Below, piece by piece: positions 28,682 to 36,721 of a DNA stretch of 64,000 nt (the first letter of the stretch is position 1; each line of letters starts with the position of its first letter). The notes beneath the pieces were generated by a model. It had not been told where the DNA came from and made no database searches. It saw only the letters and a program-made list of their open reading frames with translations. The stretch lies in the IMG/VR virus record IMGVR_UViG_3300020450_000008. One strand, written 5' to 3'. Origin of the DNA: a virus. Taxonomy: Duplodnaviria; Caudoviricetes. A program made the translations under genes and the position numbers.

Positions 28682-28869
28682 TATATGGTTGGATATTGAT
28701 AATGATAACTCTACATCCTGATGGATCATTAGACGGTGGAGCAATAGATTATTTTAACACTTACCCAGAGTGTTTTGAAGTAATGAAAGAAATGTCGGTT
28801 ACAGGTCAAGGAACAGGTTATACCTGTGTAGATGACTATGTAGATATGAGTGGAGATATAGAACAGTGA
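28678..28869 (+). CDS. Small hypothetical protein
   Basis: 63-aa coupled ORF with hydrophobic N-terminus and two Cys. Confidence 0.45.
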   Translation: MIYGWILIMITLHPDGSLDGGAIDYFNTYPECFEVMKEMSVTGQGTGYTCVDDYVDMSGDIEQ

Positions 28870-29282
28870 GAATTGGATTTACCTGCAGTACCTTTGATTT
28901 ACTTCATGCAGGCCATGTCATGATGTTAAGAGAAGCGAAAGCCCAATGTGATTATTTAATATGCGGACTGCAGGTAGATCCAAGTATAGACAGGCCAGAA
29001 AAGAATTCTCCTATACAATCTATTGTAGAAAGAGAAGCTCAATTATCAGCAATAAAATATGTTGATGAGGTGATTATTTATTGTACAGAAGATGATTTAT
29101 GTGATATAATTAATATGTACCCAATTGATATTAGAATATTAGGCGAAGAGTATAGAGATAGAGACTTTACTGGTAAAGATGAATGTAAGAAAAGAGGTAT
29201 TCAACTTTATTTCAATAAAAGAGAACATAGGTTTAGTACTTCAGATTTAAGGAAAAGAGTGTGCGAAAAGACGACATTATAG
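28866..29282 (+). CDS. Cytidylyltransferase, glycerol-3-phosphate CT (TagD)-like
   Basis: FDLLHAGH (HxGH), LICGLQ.D, KYVDEV, G.EY, FSTS motifs. Confidence 0.88.
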   Translation: MRIGFTCSTFDLLHAGHVMMLREAKAQCDYLICGLQVDPSIDRPEKNSPIQSIVEREAQLSAIKYVDEVIIYCTEDDLCDIINMYPIDIRILGEEYRDRDFTGKDECKKRGIQLYFNKREHRFSTSDLRKRVCEKTTL

Positions 29283-29470
29283 ATCTAGGCATAGACTTAG
29301 GCGAACCAGACTTTACAACTAAAAATGATAGGCCAGGATTTATTAGTAGCAGTGGTTGGCCAGTTCGTAGAGAAATAACAAAGTTAAATGACAATATGAA
29401 AATTATGGTCAAGCAAATGAGTAAATTAAAAAAACAAATAAGTAAACTAGAGAAGAAACTAAATGGATAA
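29261..29470 (+). CDS. Small coiled-coil hypothetical protein
   Basis: 69-aa ORF filling the gap, GTG start. Confidence 0.4.
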   Translation: MRKDDIIDLGIDLGEPDFTTKNDRPGFISSSGWPVRREITKLNDNMKIMVKQMSKLKKQISKLEKKLNG

Positions 29471-30170
29471 TATTGTGGAAAATTTAACATGGGCAAAAGT
29501 AAAACATATTCGTCAGCATTTTAGAGATGAATTAAACAAAGAAGTATTTACTATTGATAAAACTGGTCAAAAGACTATTGAAATGATTGGTGCATCTTTT
29601 GTTGCTGATGAATCAGCAATATTTGGTACTCCTAATCGAGAATATATTGATGCAGAAATAGATTGGTACAATAGTAGATCTACAAATATAAATGAAATAT
29701 TTGGAATCACAAAAGCACCACCACAAGCTTGGCAATATTCAGCTAATAAGTTTGGTGAGATCAACTCTAATTATGGCCACTTAATCTTTAGTGAAAAATT
29801 TTATAATCAATATTTACATGTTGTAGAAGAATTAATAAATAATCCTGATAGTCGTAGAGCCGCAATGATTTACAATCGTCCTTCAATATGGCTTGAATAT
29901 AATGAAGACGGTAAGAATGATTTTATCTGTACTAATGCTGTTACATACTATATACGTAATAGAAGATTAGATGCTGTAGTTCAAATGAGATCTAACGATG
30001 TGGTATATGGCTATAAAAATGATTATGCCTGGCAACAATACGTTATGAAACAACTTATTGAAGATATAAATGTTCAAAGACCCGATGATGATCAAGTCTT
30101 TAAAGGTTTTATGCATTGGCAGGTTCAAAACTTACATGTGTATGAAAGGCACTTTGATTTAGTACAATGA
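29463..30170 (+). CDS. gp42: dCMP hydroxymethylase-like enzyme (T4 gp42 family, thymidylate synthase fold)
   Basis: Colinear with T4 gp42 as recalled: DKTG.KTIE.IGASFVADE, GEINSNYG, NPDSRR, DFICTN (catalytic Cys), MRSNDVVYGYKNDYAWQ (Asp at the dCMP-specificity position), LHVYERHF. Confidence 0.9.
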   Translation: MDNIVENLTWAKVKHIRQHFRDELNKEVFTIDKTGQKTIEMIGASFVADESAIFGTPNREYIDAEIDWYNSRSTNINEIFGITKAPPQAWQYSANKFGEINSNYGHLIFSEKFYNQYLHVVEELINNPDSRRAAMIYNRPSIWLEYNEDGKNDFICTNAVTYYIRNRRLDAVVQMRSNDVVYGYKNDYAWQQYVMKQLIEDINVQRPDDDQVFKGFMHWQVQNLHVYERHFDLVQ

Positions 30171-30715
30171 GTCAATTATTTAAAGATCCAAAAAAACCAG
30201 CATTATTTGCAGATATGAATGATCCTGTTCTTAACGCGACATATAAAACAATGAATATTATTGGAGTCGATCCTGAAAAGAAATGGGATGTAAGATATAT
30301 TGAACTAGCCTACAAAGTAAGTGAATGGTCAAAAGATCCATCAACAAAGATAGGATGTGTGGTTGTAGGAAATAAGGGACAGGTATTGACTCAAGGATAC
30401 AACGGTTTTCCTCGTGGTATTGATGACTCAAATGAAAGACTTACAGATAGAGAAACTAAATTGAAATACGTTGTTCATGGAGAAATGAACGCGATATATA
30501 ATGCTTGTTATAATGGAATATCTCTTGAAGGAAGTACCATGTATGTTACTGGTCTTCCAACATGCTCTGATTGCGCCAAGGGTGTAATACAAGTAGGTGT
30601 TAAAAGAGTTGTCTGGCCTAAAGAACTTGAAAATGTTGAAGACAGATGGAAAGAATCTGTTAAATTAACTATGTCTATGTTCGATGAAGCTGGAGTAGAG
30701 TATGAGTTCATCTAA
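30167..30715 (+). CDS. dCMP deaminase
   Basis: SKDPSTKIG, GYNGFPRG, HGEMNA, PTCSDC zinc motifs. Confidence 0.92.
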   Translation: MSQLFKDPKKPALFADMNDPVLNATYKTMNIIGVDPEKKWDVRYIELAYKVSEWSKDPSTKIGCVVVGNKGQVLTQGYNGFPRGIDDSNERLTDRETKLKYVVHGEMNAIYNACYNGISLEGSTMYVTGLPTCSDCAKGVIQVGVKRVVWPKELENVEDRWKESVKLTMSMFDEAGVEYEFI

Positions 30716-31619
30716 TGCTCAAACAAATTTAAGTCGACTTAAATTAGCAGCAGATAAACCTAAAACTGTTGTAGCTTCTGATTGGAAAAGGTATTATAGT
30801 CGGTATGTTGACAGGGCTTTCGCAAGAACAATCAATATTGATACATCTACACGTTGCTTGATGCAATGTCCTTTTTGCTCTCGCCAAAATTTTGCAACTG
30901 GTAAACTGCACATCAAAACAAATAGAACGTTTTATGGAGATTTAACTCCAGAAAATGCTTTACAAATGGCTGATGCATTTGATCGTATAAGTTTTTGTGG
31001 TCAAATATCAGATCCAATATTTCATAAAAATTTATTCTCTATATTTGAAGCCTTAGATCAAGGTGCTGCTATTAGAACACTTGAGTTTCATACAGTTGCC
31101 TCTGGAAAAAAAATGGCTTGGTGGGAAAGAGTTTTCTCATATATGGAGAATGCAAAATATAAAACTGATTTTATCATAGGTATTGATGGAATTGATCAGA
31201 AAACAGCTTCTCATAGAATAGGACAAAACTTTGAAGAAGCATGGGAAGTCTTACGATATTTTGCTGATAATAAAAGAGATAATATAGATATCACCTGGCA
31301 GTTCATACCCTTTTTATATAATGAAGATGAAGTGTTAACTGCGGCAGAAACTGCTGTTTCATTAGGGATAAATTTATTACTTCTCAAATCATCTCGTCAC
31401 GTTGGAGAGTATAAGACAAATACTGGAGATAAAAAATATGCTATAGGAGCTGATTTATACACTCAAGAAGAATTTGAAAAAAAATTTCAAGGTCATTTAC
31501 CATTAGCTCCAACGAAATCATTTTTAAAATCAAATAATGGTATAACAAGTTTTAATGATGGATATATAAAAACAAAGGAAGATATAAAAGAATTAGAAAG
31601 AGTTTTAAATGAATCCTAA
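30702..31619 (+). CDS. Radical SAM protein
   Basis: CLMQCPFC (CxxxCxxC), FCGQISDP, GIDG, WQFI.F.YNE. Confidence 0.8.
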   Translation: MSSSNAQTNLSRLKLAADKPKTVVASDWKRYYSRYVDRAFARTINIDTSTRCLMQCPFCSRQNFATGKLHIKTNRTFYGDLTPENALQMADAFDRISFCGQISDPIFHKNLFSIFEALDQGAAIRTLEFHTVASGKKMAWWERVFSYMENAKYKTDFIIGIDGIDQKTASHRIGQNFEEAWEVLRYFADNKRDNIDITWQFIPFLYNEDEVLTAAETAVSLGINLLLLKSSRHVGEYKTNTGDKKYAIGADLYTQEEFEKKFQGHLPLAPTKSFLKSNNGITSFNDGYIKTKEDIKELERVLNES

Positions 31620-32190
31620 ACCTATTAGTTTTGAAATTGATCCAGTGTGTGTACCATTTGATAAAAATGGAGAAGAAAGAGAACAACAAAATTGCGTAGC
31701 CTTCGGTTCTCATGGTTGGTACATGCCATGCTGTTGGTGTGATCAGTTTCAAGATACTCGAAATAATTATATGGATATGTATTCTAAACATTTACATGCT
31801 TCAACTGGAATTACACCAAGAGAAGTCCTTGAATCTCCAGAATGGCAAAATTTCTTTAAAGTTATTTTTGAAGACCCACAAAACTCTTCTCATGTTTGTC
31901 AAAAATATTGTGGTGTCATAAATTATGATGATGGTACAAAAAGAAATGTCGTAGGATTTACTGATCAAGAAAGAAGAGATATGGGAAAAGATCTTGAATT
32001 TATCAAATTTTTTGAAGAAAATATGGAGAGCAATAATAGTTACCAGTACTGGTGGGATTTTGTTCAAGATTATAGTGGTTGGTCAGCAAGAATGAAATCA
32101 AAAGCGTGGTTTAGATTTGGATATACAGGGATAGGTAGGCTCGCAAAAATTAAAAGACTAGAGGATAATTTAAATGCAGCCAATGTCTGA
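31609..32190 (+). CDS. Cys-rich protein, detached SPASM/twitch-like Fe-S domain
   Basis: C..F...G.YMPCCWC ... CQKYC pattern directly after the radical SAM gene. Confidence 0.5.
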   Translation: MNPKPISFEIDPVCVPFDKNGEEREQQNCVAFGSHGWYMPCCWCDQFQDTRNNYMDMYSKHLHASTGITPREVLESPEWQNFFKVIFEDPQNSSHVCQKYCGVINYDDGTKRNVVGFTDQERRDMGKDLEFIKFFEENMESNNSYQYWWDFVQDYSGWSARMKSKAWFRFGYTGIGRLAKIKRLEDNLNAANV

Positions 32191-32512
32191 TAGTGCAGAA
32201 CTCTTGATGCTCTCAAGTATATTTGCTGATCTTGAAGATGGAGAAACAAGAACAGAAAACATCAAAAGAAGAATAGATCTAATGCAAAAATTTGTTAGAC
32301 CAACACCTACTCCAGCTAAAGTTGTGTCAACTCCATCTGAAAAGATGCAAGAAGAACTTGAACCTATTGCAGAACCAGAAGAAGAACAACAATTTAGTTT
32401 TTATAAAAAGGCAGATGCTGGTTCTGATTTAGTAGAACAACTCAGACAGAAAGAAATCATGAGAGCTGAACTTGCAGCTACTGTATCAAAAACCATGAAA
32501 AAATACAAATAA
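32174..32512 (+). CDS. Hypothetical protein
   Basis: 112-aa coupled ORF. Confidence 0.5.
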   Translation: MQPMSDSAELLMLSSIFADLEDGETRTENIKRRIDLMQKFVRPTPTPAKVVSTPSEKMQEELEPIAEPEEEQQFSFYKKADAGSDLVEQLRQKEIMRAELAATVSKTMKKYK

Positions 32513-32516
32513 ACTG

Positions 32517-32545
32517 TTTACAAACTCTAAAAAATTTGTTATAAT
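32517..32545 (+). promoter_or_regulatory. Early/middle promoter TTTACA-N17-TATAAT
   Basis: Exact motif heading the 32552-38861 operon. Confidence 0.7.
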
Positions 32546-32551
32546 ATTATT

Positions 32552-32926
32552 ATGAAAAAAATATTGATAGTTGGTCAAAATCCATCAGCTCAAAAGCCTA
32601 GAAAAAATTCTACATTTGATAGGTTAGATCAATGGTGTAAAGAAATGAAAGTTGATGATTTTGATTTTATTAACTGTATTGATTCAGTTGGTGATTATAA
32701 AAAGCTAAATATCAATAAGACTAATATAGTAAACTCAACTCAGAATCGTAAAAAGATTATAGCTCTTGGAAACTTTTCTTCAGAAACTCTGACTAAACTT
32801 GGGATAGATCATTTTAAGATGCCACATCCCTCTCCAAGAAATAGAAAACTTAATGATAAAGAGTTTGAGAAAAAAATGATTAATGAGTGTAAAAGTTATT
32901 TGAACGAAACCTGTGAGCTACTCTGA
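32552..32926 (+). CDS. Minimal uracil-DNA-glycosylase-superfamily protein
   Basis: IVGQNPS (motif A) and MPHPSPRN (motif B), IIALG. Confidence 0.65.
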   Translation: MKKILIVGQNPSAQKPRKNSTFDRLDQWCKEMKVDDFDFINCIDSVGDYKKLNINKTNIVNSTQNRKKIIALGNFSSETLTKLGIDHFKMPHPSPRNRKLNDKEFEKKMINECKSYLNETCELL

Positions 32927-32972
32927 TCCAGTCAAATATCTCACGTTAATAAACTGATATAAAGGAGAAAAT

Positions 32973-34268
32973 ATGTCAAAAATTAAAGTCGGCATTGTCG
33001 GTGTCGGAAACTGTGCTAAGTCTCTCGTCGAGGGAATTCAATACTACAACTCAAATCCAGAAGATAAAGTAGGACTTATGTATGATGATATTGGTGGTTA
33101 TACAACTACTGATATAGAATTCGTAGTCGGTTTTGATGTAGATCGTCGTAAAGTAAATCGTCCATTAACAGAAGCTTTAAGAGCCGCTCCAAACTGCGCT
33201 ATGGATCATGTTGGAGAAATATTAGAAGTCGGTGCAAACACTCCAGGCTGTGTAGCTTCAGGAGCTATGGTATATTCTGGACCAGAACTAGATGGTATCG
33301 CACCATGGATGCTTGAATATCCTAAAGAAGTTTCATTTAGAACTGGAGCTGAAGCGGCAAAATCTTATGATGATATTGTAGACATAATTAAAAAGACTAA
33401 AGTTGATGTTCTGATTAATTATTTACCAGTTGGTACAGAAAAAGGGTCTAGATTTTATATGGATGCTGCATTAGACGCTGGTGTTCATTTTGTTAATTGT
33501 ATTCCAACTCTTATATCAACTAAAGAAACTATGGAGATAGAACAAAAGTTTATCAACAAAGGATTGACTATTGTTGGATCTGATATGAGATCCGCTTGGG
33601 GAGCTTCAAGAATGTCAGAAGTACTTCAAGGTGCTATGATAGATTCAGGACTAATGGTTACACAACATATACAGATGAATATGGCCGCTGGTTCTACTCA
33701 AGGTCAAGAAAATATACGAACAGGTAGAACAGCTAATACTGATTTTCTTAACATGGCAGAAAAATCTCGATTGCATAATAAACATGTATCAAAAGAAAAT
33801 GTTTTGAAAGGTCAAAATATAGTACGTAATGAACCTACAGCAGGTGCAACACTTTATGCTGGTCCATCTCTTACAGTATTTCAAAAGCCAGGTGGACAAT
33901 ATGTAGGTAGTGATAATAAAATAGCTAACTTCGATATTGTTGCTTATGGTTTTGGTGGGGCTAGATATGAAATGTCAGCTAGATTATCAGTACAAGACTC
34001 TCCAAACTCTGGTGGTGTTGTAGTATCTGCAATCAGGTTCTGCAAAGTTGCATCTGAAATGAGCATTGTTGGTTATCTTAGAGGTCCATCAGCATGGACT
34101 CAAAAAACTCCTCCACTTCAGTTATCTACATCTGATTCAAAATTTGAATGTGATGCTTTGGCAAGACGTACTCTTACAAAATTAACTGAAGCTCAATTAA
34201 AAGTAAATAAACCAAAAGCAAAAAGTCTACCATATACATTCCAAGCTGGAGAAACAGATTATGAGTAG
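32973..34268 (+). CDS. ino1: Myo-inositol-1-phosphate synthase
   Basis: VGIVGVGNCAKSLVEG, EFVVGFDVD.RKV, DVLINYLPVG, FVNCIP, GSD.RS..GA, NTDFLNM, DNK, DSPNSGGVV. Confidence 0.9.
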   Translation: MSKIKVGIVGVGNCAKSLVEGIQYYNSNPEDKVGLMYDDIGGYTTTDIEFVVGFDVDRRKVNRPLTEALRAAPNCAMDHVGEILEVGANTPGCVASGAMVYSGPELDGIAPWMLEYPKEVSFRTGAEAAKSYDDIVDIIKKTKVDVLINYLPVGTEKGSRFYMDAALDAGVHFVNCIPTLISTKETMEIEQKFINKGLTIVGSDMRSAWGASRMSEVLQGAMIDSGLMVTQHIQMNMAAGSTQGQENIRTGRTANTDFLNMAEKSRLHNKHVSKENVLKGQNIVRNEPTAGATLYAGPSLTVFQKPGGQYVGSDNKIANFDIVAYGFGGARYEMSARLSVQDSPNSGGVVVSAIRFCKVASEMSIVGYLRGPSAWTQKTPPLQLSTSDSKFECDALARRTLTKLTEAQLKVNKPKAKSLPYTFQAGETDYE

Positions 34269-34665
34269 AGAACCTTTTGAGCCTTGGAAAAACATTCCTC
34301 AAAAGACTATAAATTCATATGATATCGATGGCGTTATATACATGGGTGACTATGATGGATTAAGGCCAGGACCTGATGATATCGTAATTACTGGTAGATC
34401 TATTTGTACCGAAGAAGAAACTAAAAAAATGCTTCTTAAAAAAGGTATAACTAATCCTTTATACATGAATTTTAAAGACAAAGACTATAATAATAGAGAA
34501 CAATCTGGATTTCATAAAGGTTGGACTTTATTTCATCTTGAGCAGCTGGGGTATCATATTGGAATCCATTATGATGATGATATGATTCAAATCGAAAAGA
34601 TAAATGAAATGATGCCGCATATTCATTGCGTTCATGTAAAACACGAACTTGTACCAAAGGAGTAA
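34261..34665 (+). CDS. Small HAD-superfamily phosphatase
   Basis: YDIDGVI (DxDG), VITGRS, K, HYDDD motifs. Confidence 0.75.
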   Translation: MSREPFEPWKNIPQKTINSYDIDGVIYMGDYDGLRPGPDDIVITGRSICTEEETKKMLLKKGITNPLYMNFKDKDYNNREQSGFHKGWTLFHLEQLGYHIGIHYDDDMIQIEKINEMMPHIHCVHVKHELVPKE

Positions 34666-34667
34666 AC

Positions 34668-35738
34668 ATGTACAACTATGATTGGTGGTCTTACGATAAA
34701 GACATAATGAAAGATTTTAATCATTTCTTAAAAAAGATTAATACTCGAGCATGTATCAATTATGGTTTTATTGATGAGGAATATGAAAACTTAAATAGGC
34801 ATGGAGACTTAGATCATGGTCTTGGTCGTAATGTAGAATATTTCCACCCTACAATTACTTTAGATGATAGAATGAGATATATTGGTACAGTCATTGCGCA
34901 GCATGATATGTCTGATTTTAGTATTTTAGGCAATGGTATAATATCTCACTTTTATGGAGCACGTGGCGTTCATATGGCAGTTACAGGATCTAACGATCCT
35001 AATGACTGTTTTGTTGATTTTGACAAATTAGCTGATAATGATAAAGATTACCTACAGCATCTTAGAAATAATATAGATAATTCTAGAAAGTTAAAAAAAC
35101 CAATATGGGGTACAACAGAACTTCATACATCAATACAAGCAGCTTCTAGAAATTATTGTAGACAAAAATATGATGACGCTGAAAGAGCATTCCATCCTGT
35201 TGACGTAGTTGATTGGGTTGCATCATTTAGAAATAATGGAACATATGAAGAACTCTTTGCCGCAGATCATATTGGAGAAGCTTATAAAATATTAAGAAAG
35301 TTACCAGGTATTGGAGAATATTACGGATTTCATGGTGCTGCATCAACTAGTGTTTTACCTCAAATGAAATATTATCATGATGATAAATTTGTAGCTCCAG
35401 GACCTGGTGCAGTATATACAATAGGACTTATGTGGCCAAAGGCTCCAAAAAAATATTATGCAGAAGCAATTTACTTCTTAAGAGAAAACAGCGATGAGAT
35501 TGGTCTTACAGAAGATGTTAGTTTTCATCCAGGCGCTTATAACATCGATATGCCAGGTGGAAAAAAGCTTTTTAGAGAAGATCAAAAAACTCTTAAATAT
35601 TATGGTACTGAAGTTTTATCTTGTCAGTTTGGTATATACTTACAGATTAGAGAAGATGCTAAGCTATGTGCAAAACGTCAGGTATCAAGAGCTACAGTAC
35701 TTGAAGATCAAAATACGTTAGAAAGTTTTATGCAATGA
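34668..35738 (+). CDS. aGPT-pyrophosphorylase/amino-acid:DNA-transferase-like protein (HhH glycosylase fold)
   Basis: LPGIGEYYGF helix-hairpin-helix followed by FVAPGPGA, EVLSCQFGIY; ATG 34668 has GGAG RBS; C-terminal TLESFMQ. Confidence 0.6.
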   Translation: MYNYDWWSYDKDIMKDFNHFLKKINTRACINYGFIDEEYENLNRHGDLDHGLGRNVEYFHPTITLDDRMRYIGTVIAQHDMSDFSILGNGIISHFYGARGVHMAVTGSNDPNDCFVDFDKLADNDKDYLQHLRNNIDNSRKLKKPIWGTTELHTSIQAASRNYCRQKYDDAERAFHPVDVVDWVASFRNNGTYEELFAADHIGEAYKILRKLPGIGEYYGFHGAASTSVLPQMKYYHDDKFVAPGPGAVYTIGLMWPKAPKKYYAEAIYFLRENSDEIGLTEDVSFHPGAYNIDMPGGKKLFREDQKTLKYYGTEVLSCQFGIYLQIREDAKLCAKRQVSRATVLEDQNTLESFMQ

Positions 35739-36721
35739 AAGCAATATTAAACTGTCCATTTATTCCAGTAGCAAAAAGAATAGCTTCTCACAGAGGAGCT
35801 CAAGGCGTTATGTATGGCGATATGATAAAACAAAAGTATGGTCATTGTGATGTCAACTTTGGTGGCGAGATTATAGATCATAATCAGTATGATACGATGT
35901 GGGTATATCATGGAAATGATTTTAGTGGTGGATTAAATATGTTTGGTGGCGTTTATGGTTTTCCTTATGTAGAAAATACAGTAAACTTTTCTAAGTTTAA
36001 AGGTAAAATAAAATCAATAGCCATTGACTTTCCGCCATATCATGAATGGATAAAAGATAAATTAGATAAAGCTAAGAAAGACGTACAGCCTGAATGGGCC
36101 AGTGTAGATTTAAATAATCTTGAAAGAATGTATAATGAAGCTGAAACGGTTGATTATCCAAATATGACCGACAAATTAGTCATAGGTGATTCACATTCGA
36201 TATGCATGTATAGACCGGGTTGGACCGTCAATAGCATACCATTTAAAACTTTAAATGGAGCTTTAAAAGAAGGTATTAAAACATTCATACCAAAAGGAAG
36301 TTTCAATCAAATAGAATTGTACTTTGGCAATATTGATATAAGACATCATGTGTGTAGGCTAAATGCTGATATAGAAGAATTGGCTGATAGATATATTGAA
36401 CAAGCAAAAGAATTGAATGCTAAAATATATGAACTATTGCCAATAGAAAATGAATCACGCAAGTTACCACAATCTGGATATTATAAAGGCGAACCTTTCT
36501 GGGGTACATGGCAAGAAAGAACAGATGCAAGAAATAAATTTAATGATTACATTGAAAGCAAATATGGAATCATACGTTGGACGGATAAATTACTAAATAA
36601 AACTGGTGAACTTGATTTTGCATGTATGGAAAAACCAAAGTCAATACATTTAAGTAGAGAGTTCTATCCTCACTGGAACGGAGAGGAAGAGGTAAATACA
36701 TTAGAGGAGTTTTTCGGATGA
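35735..36721 (+). CDS. Putative DNA-modification protein: beta-glucosyltransferase-like N-terminus plus SGNH-like C-terminus
   Basis: YD..WVYHGND...LNMFGG...FSKFKGKI resembles the T4 BGT N-domain (from memory); LVIGDSH, GNIDIRHH, SIHLS are SGNH-like; ends TLEEFFG. Confidence 0.4.
   Translation: MKAILNCPFIPVAKRIASHRGAQGVMYGDMIKQKYGHCDVNFGGEIIDHNQYDTMWVYHGNDFSGGLNMFGGVYGFPYVENTVNFSKFKGKIKSIAIDFPPYHEWIKDKLDKAKKDVQPEWASVDLNNLERMYNEAETVDYPNMTDKLVIGDSHSICMYRPGWTVNSIPFKTLNGALKEGIKTFIPKGSFNQIELYFGNIDIRHHVCRLNADIEELADRYIEQAKELNAKIYELLPIENESRKLPQSGYYKGEPFWGTWQERTDARNKFNDYIESKYGIIRWTDKLLNKTGELDFACMEKPKSIHLSREFYPHWNGEEEVNTLEEFFG

Noticed and set aside
29463-30170. Annotation as ordinary thymidylate synthase ThyA
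   Set aside because: Colinear with T4 gp42, has Asp rather than Asn at the substrate-specificity position, and a separate ThyX is present.
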